Shown here: in pieces, positions 27,940 through 36,743 of the stretch | Layout: each line of letters begins with the position of its first letter | Numbering within the stretch: the first letter of the stretch is position 1 | Assembly (NCBI GenBank): GCA_963818505.1 | Contig: CAWFSJ010000001.1 | Location: forward strand, 667,096-731,095 | Reading direction: 5' to 3' | Source of the DNA: an uncultured Actinomycetota bacterium | GTDB lineage: Bacteria > Actinomycetota > Actinomycetes > S36-B12 > UBA10799 | Length of the DNA: 64,000 nt | Translations under genes and position numbers: made by a program | Notes under the pieces: model-generated | What the model was told of the DNA's origin: nothing | The model's input: the letters and a program-made list of their open reading frames with translations, nothing else | Database searches by the model: none

Positions 27940-29286
27940 ATGAGCCTCGAAGAATTCGGACCGGACTTCGTGTGGGGTGTGGCCACGGCCGCCTACCAGA
28001 TCGAGGGTTCGCCGGATGCGGACGGCAAGGGCGTCTCCATCTGGGACAGGTTCACGCACAAGCCGGGAACGATCGCTGACGCGACAAATGGCGATGTCGC
28101 CACAGACTCCTACCGGCGCTTCCCAGAGGACATCGCGCTGGTCAACGCCATGGGCTTCGACGCGTACCGGTTCTCGCTGTCCTGGCCACGGATTCAGCCC
28201 GACGGGAGAACCTTGAACCAGAAGGGCCTGGACCACTACAAGCGTGTGATCGACTCGTGTCTCGGCGCGGGGGTGGACCCGTGGGTGACGTTGTACCACT
28301 GGGATCTGCCACAACTGCTTGAGGACGAAGGCGGCTGGACCAATCGCGAGACCATCGACCGATTCTGCGACTACGTCACCGTCGTGGGCGAGGCGCTCGG
28401 GGACCGCGTCACGAACTGGATGGTTTTCAACGAGCCGTTGAGTTTCACGATGCTCGGGTACATGCTCGCCGAACATGCTCCTGGCCGTCGGGGTCTGAGC
28501 AACTTCTTCCCGGCTTTGCATCACGTCAACATGGCGACTGGCGACGGGGCACGTGCCCTACGCGCGGCAGACCCTGACGGTGTTGTCGGGAACACCGCAT
28601 ACCTGACGGCGGCCCTGGGCTCCGGACCCGGACCACAGTTGGCCCAGCGAGCCGAGCGGGCGGCCAATGCCATGCTCAACCGCGCCTTCCTGGAACCAGG
28701 GCTCGGCTTGGGCTACCCCACCGATGACGCCCCGATCCTGCGAATGATGCGCCGCTACATCAAGGACGGGGATCTCGAGCGTTGCGAGGTCGATCTCGAC
28801 TTCCTGGGCGTGCAGTACTACACCCGACTGCGAGCTCCTTTCCGGCCGATCCCGGGCCTGTGGACAGTACCTGGTTTTGGCGACGATCCAGACCTTGAGA
28901 AGACCTCGATGGGCTGGGAGATCAGGCCCGAGGGACTGGGCATGGTGCTGGACATGGTGCACGCCTACGGCCGCTACCCACGTATCGTGATCACTGAGGG
29001 CGGGGCATCTTTCGAGGACCACCTGGTGCGTGGACGGATCCATGACGACCGGCGGATCGCCTATTACGAGTCACACCTGGCCCAGGTCCAATCTGCCATC
29101 GACCGGGGCGTTCCTGTCGACGGCTACTTCTGCTGGTCGCTGATGGACAATTTCGAATGGGCGGCGGGTTTCGAGCCCCGGTTCGGCCTGGTGCACGTCG
29201 ACTACCAGACACAGGTCCGCACGATCAAGGACAGCGGTTACTGGTTCGCCGACCAGCTCGGTGGCACAGCCAGCGCGTCCCATTGA
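27940..29286 (+). CDS. Beta-glucosidase (GH1)
   Basis: AAYQIEG, YHWDLPQ, the NEP acid/base motif, and a nucleophile segment ITEGG (usually ITENG). Start is ATG 27940 or TTG 27931. Confidence 0.9.
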   Translation: MSLEEFGPDFVWGVATAAYQIEGSPDADGKGVSIWDRFTHKPGTIADATNGDVATDSYRRFPEDIALVNAMGFDAYRFSLSWPRIQPDGRTLNQKGLDHYKRVIDSCLGAGVDPWVTLYHWDLPQLLEDEGGWTNRETIDRFCDYVTVVGEALGDRVTNWMVFNEPLSFTMLGYMLAEHAPGRRGLSNFFPALHHVNMATGDGARALRAADPDGVVGNTAYLTAALGSGPGPQLAQRAERAANAMLNRAFLEPGLGLGYPTDDAPILRMMRRYIKDGDLERCEVDLDFLGVQYYTRLRAPFRPIPGLWTVPGFGDDPDLEKTSMGWEIRPEGLGMVLDMVHAYGRYPRIVITEGGASFEDHLVRGRIHDDRRIAYYESHLAQVQSAIDRGVPVDGYFCWSLMDNFEWAAGFEPRFGLVHVDYQTQVRTIKDSGYWFADQLGGTASASH

Positions 29287-30146
29287 TGAACATGATCGCG
29301 GCCTGTCTGCTTGCCCTGCTGCTCGGCAGCTGCAGCACACAGCAAGCGCCGCCCAGCCCCGGCAGCACGGCCCCACCCACCTGGACGGCCAAGGACTGGA
29401 GGACCACATGCCGTTACGACACTGCCGTCCTGCCCGAACTCAGCGGCCTGGCACCTTCTGTGCGCCATAAGGGAGTCCTGTGGGCGATCAATGACGGGGG
29501 CAATGCCAACGTCATCTACGCCCTCGACGCCAGCAGTTGCGCGATCCGTGGACAGTACTCGCTGACCACCCCGACCTCGGACAGCGAGGCGCTGGCCAGT
29601 GGGCGCAATTCAGAAGGGCGTCCAGTCCTGTGGCTCGGTGACATCGGGGACAACCTGTCCCAGCGCAGCGATGTGGCCGTCCTGGAGATCCCCGAACCAG
29701 CACTGGGATCCACCTCAGGTCCGGCCACGAAGCATGCTTTCAGCTACCCCGGCGGTGCACGGGATGCGGAAGCCCTCATGGCCGCACCAGACGGGCGCAA
29801 CCTCTACGTGGTGAGCAAGCAACTGCCCCGCAGCACCATCTACCGGATACCGATCCGTTCCGGACGGGTGCGCGCCGAGGCCATCGGCGGGGCGCCTGCC
29901 TTCACCACCGACGCGGGGCTGAACCCTCGCACCGGCGACTACGCGTTGCGCGACTATGCGGCCATCACCCGTTTCGCCGGACCCGTTCCCGGCCGTCGGC
30001 TGGGCCGGGTCGTGCCACCGCCCTTGCGCCAGGCCGAAGCCGTGGCCTTCAGCCGCAACGGCCGAGCACTGTTCACCGCTTCGGAGGGCGACGACCGGCT
30101 CCTCCGAGCCGATGTTCTTACCGCAAACGGAAACCATTTTCAATAA
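29286..30146 (+). CDS. Lipoprotein, possibly beta-propeller (SdiA-regulated/phytase-like), function unknown
   Basis: MNMIAACLLALLLGSC lipobox. ELSGLAPS...LWAINDGGN pattern. The start overlaps the bgl stop by 1 nt. Confidence 0.65.
   Translation: MNMIAACLLALLLGSCSTQQAPPSPGSTAPPTWTAKDWRTTCRYDTAVLPELSGLAPSVRHKGVLWAINDGGNANVIYALDASSCAIRGQYSLTTPTSDSEALASGRNSEGRPVLWLGDIGDNLSQRSDVAVLEIPEPALGSTSGPATKHAFSYPGGARDAEALMAAPDGRNLYVVSKQLPRSTIYRIPIRSGRVRAEAIGGAPAFTTDAGLNPRTGDYALRDYAAITRFAGPVPGRRLGRVVPPPLRQAEAVAFSRNGRALFTASEGDDRLLRADVLTANGNHFQ
30129..30143. promoter_or_regulatory. Candidate Zur box overlapping a -10-like TAAGAT
   Basis: GGAAACCATTTTCAA is a partial palindrome (GAAA-N4-TTTC) matching the ATTTTCA half of actinobacterial Zur boxes. 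It sits in an AT-rich patch 22-36 nt upstream of the znuA GTG. Confidence 0.35.
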
Positions 30147-30164
30147 GATGATACGATCCACAGT

Positions 30165-31073
30165 GTGATCAAACCTGTTCTCGCGGCTTCTTTCGCCGCC
30201 GTCTTACTGGCAGGATGCTCCTCCGGCGACACTTCAACCCAGCCGAGCGCGGACACGGGGCTGACAGTCATCGCGTCCCACTATCCAGTCCAGTTCCTGG
30301 TCGAAGCCATCGGCGGGGACGCCGTCTCTGTGGAAACACTGACCTCCCCCGGTGCCGAACCCCATGACCTCGAACTGTCACCGCAGCAGGTGGGTCAAGT
30401 GCAAGAAGCTTCCGCGGTGTTCTACATCGCGGGGTTCCAACCTGCCGTGGACGAAGCTGTGGCACAGACCTCCGGGGACGCAGTCGACCTCAGCGCTGGC
30501 CTGCCGTTGCGGGAGGCCAGCCATGACGAGCACGCAGACGAGGCCGATCATTCCGAGACGGGAACGGATCCCCATGTCTGGCTCGACCCCGTTCTGATGG
30601 GGCAGATGGCCACGGAGGTGGCGGACACGCTCACCCAGGCCGATCCGGCCCAGCAGGCCACCTTCGAGGCGAACGCCCAGGCACTGCAAGACGAGCTGAA
30701 GACCCTCGACGCCGACTGGAAGCAGGCAACGGCCCAGTGCGGGATCCGCACGATGGTCGTGAGCCACGAGGCGTTCGGCTACCTCGCCGACCAGTACGGC
30801 TTCCAGCAGAAAGGCATCGCGGGCCTCAGCCCCGAGACCGAGCCCTCCGCACAGGCGATCGCCGAACTGGCGACGTTCGTCCAGGACAACGGGGTGACCA
30901 CCGTCTACACCGAGACCCTCCTCGACCCCGCCGTCGCGCAGACTGTCGCCTCCGAAGCGGGAGCGACCACCGCTACCCTGGATCCGCTGGAGGGTCCCCC
31001 CGCCAGCGGGGACTACATCTCGGCCATGCGCGAGAACCTCGCCACCATGCAGGAGGGTCAAGACTGCTCGTGA
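30165..31073 (+). CDS. znuA: Zinc ABC transporter substrate-binding lipoprotein (TroA/ZnuA family)
   Basis: Lipobox LLAGC. His/Asp-rich loop SHDEHADEADHSETGTDPHVW. Cluster-9 SBP layout. Confidence 0.85.
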   Translation: MIKPVLAASFAAVLLAGCSSGDTSTQPSADTGLTVIASHYPVQFLVEAIGGDAVSVETLTSPGAEPHDLELSPQQVGQVQEASAVFYIAGFQPAVDEAVAQTSGDAVDLSAGLPLREASHDEHADEADHSETGTDPHVWLDPVLMGQMATEVADTLTQADPAQQATFEANAQALQDELKTLDADWKQATAQCGIRTMVVSHEAFGYLADQYGFQQKGIAGLSPETEPSAQAIAELATFVQDNGVTTVYTETLLDPAVAQTVASEAGATTATLDPLEGPPASGDYISAMRENLATMQEGQDCS

Positions 31074-31825
31074 GCGCTATCCGGACCGAGGCTCTTTCGG
31101 TGGCATTCGGCCAACCGGTCCTGCGCGACGTCAGCATTCAGATCGACGATGGCGACTTCGTGGCGCTCATGGGCTCCAACGGGACCGGTAAGACGACCTT
31201 GGTCCGGGCCATCCTCGGCCTTCTCAAGCCCCAGAGCGGCACCTCTTGGTTGTTCGACGTCCCCACTGGGTCATTTCGCGACTGGCACCGGGTGGCCTAC
31301 GTTCCGCAACGTCTGACCAACACCAGCGCAGTGCCCCTGAGTGTCGAGGAGGCGGTTCGCAGCGCCCTGGCCAGCCCTGCCCAACGCTGGCGACCGCTGT
31401 CGAGCAGCCAACGGAAGTCGATCCACAGTGCTTTGGAATTCGTGGGCCTCGACGGACGCGGCAAGGAACGACTCGAACACCTCTCGGGCGGTCAGCAACG
31501 CCGGGTGATGATCGCAAGGGCACTGGTCACCCAAGCTGACCTTCTCATCATGGATGAGCCGACTGCCGGGGTCGACGTGGGCGAACAGCGCCGGCTCGCC
31601 AGTCACATGCGAGCTCTTCGCGACCGGGGGGCCACGATCCTGATGATCACTCACGATGTGGGGCCAGTGGCGAGCTTGGCCAACCGGGCGATCGTCCTGG
31701 GTCATCCCGACCACGGGTCTGTGCGCTATGACGCTGCCTCTCCCCCACCGCCGGAGTTCAGCGAGCATGTGTGGCACCACAGCCACGACGTGCCGTCCGA
31801 CCCTGGGCTTCTGGAGGGACCGTGA
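31070..31825 (+). CDS. znuC: Zinc ABC transporter ATP-binding protein
   Basis: GTGA overlap with znuA. Walker A GSNGTGKTT, signature LSGGQQRRV, Walker B LLIMDEP. Confidence 0.88.
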   Translation: MSAIRTEALSVAFGQPVLRDVSIQIDDGDFVALMGSNGTGKTTLVRAILGLLKPQSGTSWLFDVPTGSFRDWHRVAYVPQRLTNTSAVPLSVEEAVRSALASPAQRWRPLSSSQRKSIHSALEFVGLDGRGKERLEHLSGGQQRRVMIARALVTQADLLIMDEPTAGVDVGEQRRLASHMRALRDRGATILMITHDVGPVASLANRAIVLGHPDHGSVRYDAASPPPPEFSEHVWHHSHDVPSDPGLLEGP

Positions 31826-32634
31826 CGTTCCTCGACTTCGACTTCATGCGCCGGGCGCTGCTGGCCGCCATGATCGTCGGCCTGCTCGCGCCGGCCATCG
31901 GCGTCTTCCTCGTCCAGCGGCGACTGGCACTGCTTGGGGACGGCATGGGTCACGTCGCGCTCACCGGCGTGGGTTTGGCGTTCCTGACGGGAACCGCGCC
32001 CGTGCCGACGGCCCTCGCGGTCGCCGTGCTCGGCGCCATCGGTATCGAGTTCCTACGTGCCCGCAGCCGTTCAGCCGGTGACGTGATCCTTGCCCTGGTC
32101 TTCTACGGCGGGATCGCGGCAGGCGTCCTGCTCACGTACCTGGCGGGTAACCGGGCCGCCTCATCCTTGAACCAATACCTCTTCGGGGCGATCACGACCG
32201 TGTCCGGCAGCGACCTGCTGTGGCTGGTTGGGGCCGCTGCGATGGTGGGATTGGTGTTGCTGGTCTTCGGCCGTGAGATGTTCGCGGTGTCCTTCGATGC
32301 CGAAGTCGCGCGCACCCAGGGAATCCGATCGGGGTTCATCAGTGCTCTGATCACCGTCCTTGCTGCCGTGACGGTGGTGATCGGTATGCGGACCGTGGGC
32401 TTGCTGTTGGTCAGCGCCATCATGATCGTCCCGATCGCCGCCGCCCAACAGGTCAGCCGGTCATTCCGCGCAACCGCCGGCATTGGCGTGTTGGTGGGAT
32501 GGGCCTGCGCGGTCAGCGGCGTGGTCCTCAGCTTCTACCTCGATGTGCCCTCCGGGGCCACGATCGTGCTGCTGACCCTCGCCTGTTTCATCCTCGCCCT
32601 TCCCGCCGGGCTAATACTGCGGAGGTCCTCATGA
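31822..32634 (+). CDS. znuB: Zinc ABC transporter permease (ABC-3 family)
   Basis: GTG after GGAGGGAC, overlapping the znuC stop. Polytopic ABC-3 type sequence. Confidence 0.88.
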   Translation: MTFLDFDFMRRALLAAMIVGLLAPAIGVFLVQRRLALLGDGMGHVALTGVGLAFLTGTAPVPTALAVAVLGAIGIEFLRARSRSAGDVILALVFYGGIAAGVLLTYLAGNRAASSLNQYLFGAITTVSGSDLLWLVGAAAMVGLVLLVFGREMFAVSFDAEVARTQGIRSGFISALITVLAAVTVVIGMRTVGLLLVSAIMIVPIAAAQQVSRSFRATAGIGVLVGWACAVSGVVLSFYLDVPSGATIVLLTLACFILALPAGLILRRSS

Positions 32635-33014
32635 CGAAGCGACGAACCAAGCAACGGGTCGCGGTGGAGGAGTTGCTGGAGCAGGCGATCGATTTCAGGA
32701 CCGCACAGCAGATCCATGCCGACCTGCGGCAGTCCGGGGCTGACGTGGGGCTGACCACCGTGTACCGCTGTCTGGCCGCGATGGCTCAGGCCGGCGAGGT
32801 GGACGTTCTGCTAGCCGAGGACGGTGAGGCCCGCTACCGCTCCTGCAGCACCGGACACCATCATCATCTGGTCTGCCGGTCCTGCGGGTTCACCGTCGAG
32901 GTGACTGCCGGGCCGGTCGAACGCTGGGCCGGCAAGACCGCCGACGAGCACGGCTTTACACAGGTGAGCCACACGGTCGAGATCCTCGGTCTGTGTCGTT
33001 CCTGCGCCCCCTGA
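32631..33014 (+). CDS. zur: Zinc uptake regulator (Fur family)
   Basis: ATGA overlap with znuB. KQRVAVEELL HTH, HHHHLVCRSCG and C-terminal CRSC motifs as in mycobacterial Zur. Confidence 0.85.
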   Translation: MTKRRTKQRVAVEELLEQAIDFRTAQQIHADLRQSGADVGLTTVYRCLAAMAQAGEVDVLLAEDGEARYRSCSTGHHHHLVCRSCGFTVEVTAGPVERWAGKTADEHGFTQVSHTVEILGLCRSCAP

Positions 33015-33081
33015 ACCCTGGGCCGGGAGCAGGTGACTTCGGTCCGGCGGCGGCGGCTTTCGGTGAGAATGTGCAACCTCA

Positions 33082-33110
33082 CGTGCCACATATTCACCGA
33101 AAGGCGCCCG
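33082..33110. repeat. 29-nt direct repeat, copy A1 (CGTGCCACATATTCACCGAAAGGCGCCCG)
   Basis: Identical to 33299-33327. Confidence 0.95.
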
Positions 33111-33260
33111 TCGGCGTACCTTTCTGGTTGGGCCGCAGGCCGAAAACCTCTTGATCAACCTATTGGGTACGGTTTCGCGCCCGAAATGTCGCATAGAGGG
33201 TGAATTCGGCGTACCTATCTGGTTGATCAAGAGGGAGCGCCAACCAGATCGGTACGCAGA
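33111..33260. repeat. Block of 20-nt repeats (two direct, one inverted) and a 14-nt inverted repeat
   Basis: TCGGCGTACCT(T/A)TCTGGTTG occurs at 33111-33130 and 33206-33225. An inverted copy, CAACCAGATCGGTACGCAGA, lies at 33241-33260. CCTCTTGATCAACC (33147-33160) pairs with GGTTGATCAAGAGG (33221-33234). Confidence 0.9.
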
Positions 33261-33298
33261 TCGGCTTCGCCAACCCGGCCCACGCCGCAAACCCGGAC

Positions 33299-33327
33299 CG
33301 TGCCACATATTCACCGAAAGGCGCCCG
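33299..33327. repeat. 29-nt direct repeat, copy A2
   Basis: Identical to 33082-33110. Its 3' end (33320-33327) forms the left part of the 14-nt perfect palindrome GGCGCCCGGGCGCC (33320-33333). Confidence 0.95.
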
Positions 33328-33598
33328 GGCGCCGGCGTTTGCCAAGCGATAGCGAGCGTCGCCGCGGCGCGTTGACGGTCGTAGTAGCAGCGGCACTGCT
33401 AGTCGTGCAGGGCGGCGAGGGACGCCGAACAGGGCCTTGAGCCGCTGGTTGCCCCACGGGCCCCACCGCACCAGGGCCACATGCCGAAGGGCGACACGTA
33501 ATGCCGGGCCCAGCAGCCGAACAGCCCAACCTGGGTCCGCCAAGACGGTCAAGGGGGGCGGTCCCGTTGCCGCTGATTGGCTGCAAGAGAATCGGAGC

Positions 33599-34348
33599 AT
33601 GACAGACAAACTCATCGCCGAATTCGTCGGCACTTTCCTCTTGGTCTTCCTTGCGGTGGGAGCCGCAGTCAGCGGTATCCAGTCCATGGGCATGCTCGGC
33701 GTGGCCCTGGCGTTCGGCCTCGTACTGGCGGCTCTTGCCTACTCGCTAGGACCGACCTCCGGTTGCCACGTCAACCCGGCCGTAACACTGGCCTTCTGGC
33801 TGTCCAAGCGCCAAGACGGCAAGGAAGCCGCGCTCTACGTCGTAATGCAATTCCTCGGTGCGGCCCTCGGTGGGTTCGTCCTGTGGGTGCTGGTCAACTC
33901 CGGCGGGGTCACTGACCAGACAGGGGCCCTGGGATCCAACGCCTTCGGCGGTGATGGCCCGAACGCCCTCGGCGCCTTCCTGACCGAGGCGCTACTCACC
34001 GCCGCCTTCGTCGGCGTGATCCTGCTGGTCACAGACCACGCAGCCGCTCCCGGCTTCGCGGGGATCGCCATCGGCGCTGCGCTGGCCGCCGTTCACCTGG
34101 TGGGTATCCCACTGACCGGCACCTCGGTCAACCCGGCCCGTTCGTTGGGCCCGGCCCTGTTCGCAGGCGGGGAATCCCTTCAGCAGGTCTGGCTGTTCCT
34201 CATCGCACCCCTGGTGGGTGGCGCGCTGGCGGTGTTGTTCTGGCGGATCACACGTCCCAGCAACGCAGTGATGAGTGACGAGGGCACAGAGCAGCTCGGC
34301 CGTGAAGACGACGAAGTGGTGGTGGTGTCGGTCACCGACCGAGCGTGA
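33599..34348 (+). CDS. aqpZ: Aquaporin Z / MIP-family channel
   Basis: Two NPA boxes (HVNPAVT, VNPARS). AEFVGTFLLVF N-terminus. ATG after GGAG. Confidence 0.9.
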   Translation: MTDKLIAEFVGTFLLVFLAVGAAVSGIQSMGMLGVALAFGLVLAALAYSLGPTSGCHVNPAVTLAFWLSKRQDGKEAALYVVMQFLGAALGGFVLWVLVNSGGVTDQTGALGSNAFGGDGPNALGAFLTEALLTAAFVGVILLVTDHAAAPGFAGIAIGAALAAVHLVGIPLTGTSVNPARSLGPALFAGGESLQQVWLFLIAPLVGGALAVLFWRITRPSNAVMSDEGTEQLGREDDEVVVVSVTDRA

Positions 34349-34402
34349 CCTGAGACTGCATCTCCGCTGGAAGACCGTGACTGGGCCCGGACCTGGGTTC
34401 AG

Positions 34403-34738
34403 TCACGGCTTCAGCAGGATCTTGATCGCGCCGTCGGACTTGCTGGCGAAACTCTCGTAGGCATCCGGTGCGGACGCCAAAGTGACGTGGTGGGTCGCGA
34501 AGGTCTCCAAGCCCAAGGGATCGTTCTCCTGCTCGACAAGAGGCAGGACGTCGTCGATCCAGCGCCGCACGTTGGCCTGACCCATGCGCAATGTCACCTG
34601 CTTGTCGAACAAGGTCAGCATCGGCATTGGATCGGCCATGCCCCCGTACACCCCGGAGATGGACAAGGTCCCACCGCGCCGCACGAGGTCGATACCGGCG
34701 TGCAGCGCAGCCAAAGGCCGTTTCAGCCTGACCCGCAC
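34403..34738 (-). pseudogene. C-terminal remnant (about 105 aa) of a Zn-dependent alcohol/formaldehyde dehydrogenase
   Basis: GGTLSISGVYGGMADPMPMLTLFDKQVTLRMGQANVRRWI...AIKILLKP matches only the last quarter of an MDR-family enzyme of about 390 aa. No upstream continuation in any frame, because the next gene starts at 34829 on the other strand. Confidence 0.7.
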
Positions 34739-34828
34739 ACAGACGCAGCGGCCCGCGACCCCGCGCGGGTCGCTGCCCTATGCGGGCGCGTCGGGAATGG
34801 CCCGCAGCCCGAGAAGGTTGCAGTGCCC

Positions 34829-35506
34829 ATGACGACATGGGGATTCATCGGAAGTGGGAACATCGGCTCCACCGTGGCCCGACTCGCGACCGCCGCTGGC
34901 GACGAGGTGCTCATGAGCAACAGTCGCGGGCCTGCGACCCTGGGCGACCTGGTGTCCGAACTTGGACCGCGTTCCCGCGCCGTCACCGCCCAGGAGGCCG
35001 CGGCACAGGGTGACATCGTGGTCGTCACAATCCCGCTGAAGCACTACCGTCAGGTTCCTTCAGCTGCCTTGGAGGGCAAGGTCGTGATCGACACCATGAA
35101 CTACTACCCGGGCCGCGATGGGCAGTTCCCCGATCTGGACTCGCACACGACGACCTCCTCCGAGATGTTCGCCGAATATGTGTCGGGCGCGCGAGTGGTC
35201 AAGGGATTCAACAACATCTTCTTCCAGCACCTGGCCGGACTTGCCAGGCCCACGGGAGCACCTGATCGCAGCGCCCTGCCCATAGCCGGGGACGACCTGG
35301 ATGCCAAGGCGTTCGTGCGTTCTGCCCTCGACAGGATCGGTTACGACGCCGTGGACGCCGGCGCCTTGGCACAAGGTTGGCGTCAGCAGCCGGATACCCC
35401 CGTCTATGGCACGCCTTACGCGGCTGATCCGGGCGACTGGACGGCTGGTGCACGACCCGCGGGCGCCGAGGTGATCAGTGCGTTGGTGGCTGCCGCGCAG
35501 CGGTGA
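34829..35506 (+). CDS. NADP oxidoreductase, coenzyme F420-dependent family (NpdG-like paralogue)
   Basis: MTTWGFIGSGNIGSTVA dinucleotide fold, 225 aa. ATG after GAGAAGG. Confidence 0.75.
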   Translation: MTTWGFIGSGNIGSTVARLATAAGDEVLMSNSRGPATLGDLVSELGPRSRAVTAQEAAAQGDIVVVTIPLKHYRQVPSAALEGKVVIDTMNYYPGRDGQFPDLDSHTTTSSEMFAEYVSGARVVKGFNNIFFQHLAGLARPTGAPDRSALPIAGDDLDAKAFVRSALDRIGYDAVDAGALAQGWRQQPDTPVYGTPYAADPGDWTAGARPAGAEVISALVAAAQR

Positions 35507-35551
35507 GGGCGGATCGGCACGCCGACTTGCCTGGGGTTACCGTTGATCTTG

Positions 35552-36640
35552 ATGAGCCCAACATTCCTTCCCCGCCCGGATGTCGACCCCGTTGTGCGCG
35601 AGACCCGCTCCGCCTACCGCAGCCTGCTCGGCGGCGGATTCGCCGATCTTCGACGCATGCCCTCCGAGGTCATCTTCGATGAGCCCAAGTGCACGGTGCA
35701 CCGCTACGAAGCAACAGGCGACCAGACTGAAGGCGCCCTACCTGTCCTGCTGATCCCGCCCATGGCGGCGACCCCGGTGTGCTTCGACCTGCGACGAGGA
35801 TGCTCAATGGTCGAGTTCTTGGTCGACGAAGGCCGCCCAACGTACCTCGTCGACTACGGCGACATCAGCACCTTGCGTGACCAGGACCTCGGCCTTGAAC
35901 ACTGGATCGACTCGGTTCTGCCAGACGCGATCGAGTCTGTTCTGAAGGACTCCGGGGCCCAAGGGGTCCATCTGGTGGGGTGGTGCCTGGGCGGGATCCT
36001 CGAAATGTTCACCGCCGCCGCGCACCCAGAACTGCCGATCGCAACCGTGACTTCCGTCGCGAGCCCGTTCGACTTCAGCTCAGTGCGCGTGCTGGGTCCA
36101 GTGCGCGTGATGGAGGACTTGACCGGCGGACTCTTGACCACCGGAATCGTGCGCGCCCTCGGCGGCATCCCAGGCCGACTCAACGGTCTGATCTACCGCT
36201 GGCTCGACCCCGTCAAGCAGATCAAGAAGCCATTGACCCAGCTGCAGAACCGCGACGATCCGGACACCCTTGCCCAGATCGAAGCGGTGGACGTCCTGAT
36301 GGACACCATGGAGGCCTACCCCGGGCGCAGCATCTCGCAGATCTACCACTCCCTCATTCGCACCAATCGCTTCTCCCAAGGCCGGCTGGTTCTCAAACAT
36401 GGCCGCGTCGTGGAGCTGGCGGACGTCACAGTCCCGGTGATGGCCATCGCTGGCACCGGTGACCTGTTCTTCGCTCCCCCTGCCTCTGCACACCACGTCG
36501 CCACACTGCTGACGAACAGCCCAGAGGTCCGGCTTGAGCGCGCCCCCGGCGGCCACCTCGGTGTGCTCACGGGTCGTGGCGCGCGAGACACGACGTGGAA
36601 GTACATCGATCGGTTCTTGACCGACAACGACGTGGCGTAG
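35552..36640 (+). CDS. Alpha/beta hydrolase, PHA-synthase-like N-terminal region
   Basis: Nucleophile elbow LVGWCLGG, VLLIPPMAA segment. Start is ATG 35552 or TTG 35543. Confidence 0.75.
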   Translation: MSPTFLPRPDVDPVVRETRSAYRSLLGGGFADLRRMPSEVIFDEPKCTVHRYEATGDQTEGALPVLLIPPMAATPVCFDLRRGCSMVEFLVDEGRPTYLVDYGDISTLRDQDLGLEHWIDSVLPDAIESVLKDSGAQGVHLVGWCLGGILEMFTAAAHPELPIATVTSVASPFDFSSVRVLGPVRVMEDLTGGLLTTGIVRALGGIPGRLNGLIYRWLDPVKQIKKPLTQLQNRDDPDTLAQIEAVDVLMDTMEAYPGRSISQIYHSLIRTNRFSQGRLVLKHGRVVELADVTVPVMAIAGTGDLFFAPPASAHHVATLLTNSPEVRLERAPGGHLGVLTGRGARDTTWKYIDRFLTDNDVA

Positions 36641-36743
36641 GGCTTGGCGACCCCACCTCCGCTCACCAGCGCAGGCTAGGCTCGAAGTCGCCGGTGTCGA
36701 GCCGCGCTTTCCCGGTGCGACCCGCCCAAGACTGGAGATTCCC

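Noticed and set aside
33170-33215. Possible c-di-AMP (ydaO-type) riboswitch upstream of aqpZ, suggested by GCCCGAAATG and GGGTGAATTC
   Set aside because: Only two short fragments resemble the consensus. The pseudo-symmetric helices and the conserved ACGGGG, CAGCTAACC and GTAAGCG elements are not present. An Infernal scan would settle it.
33082-33327. Possible mini-CRISPR formed by the identical 29-nt repeats
   Set aside because: There are only two copies, separated by 188 nt, with other repeats in between. There are no cas genes and no regular repeat-spacer periodicity.
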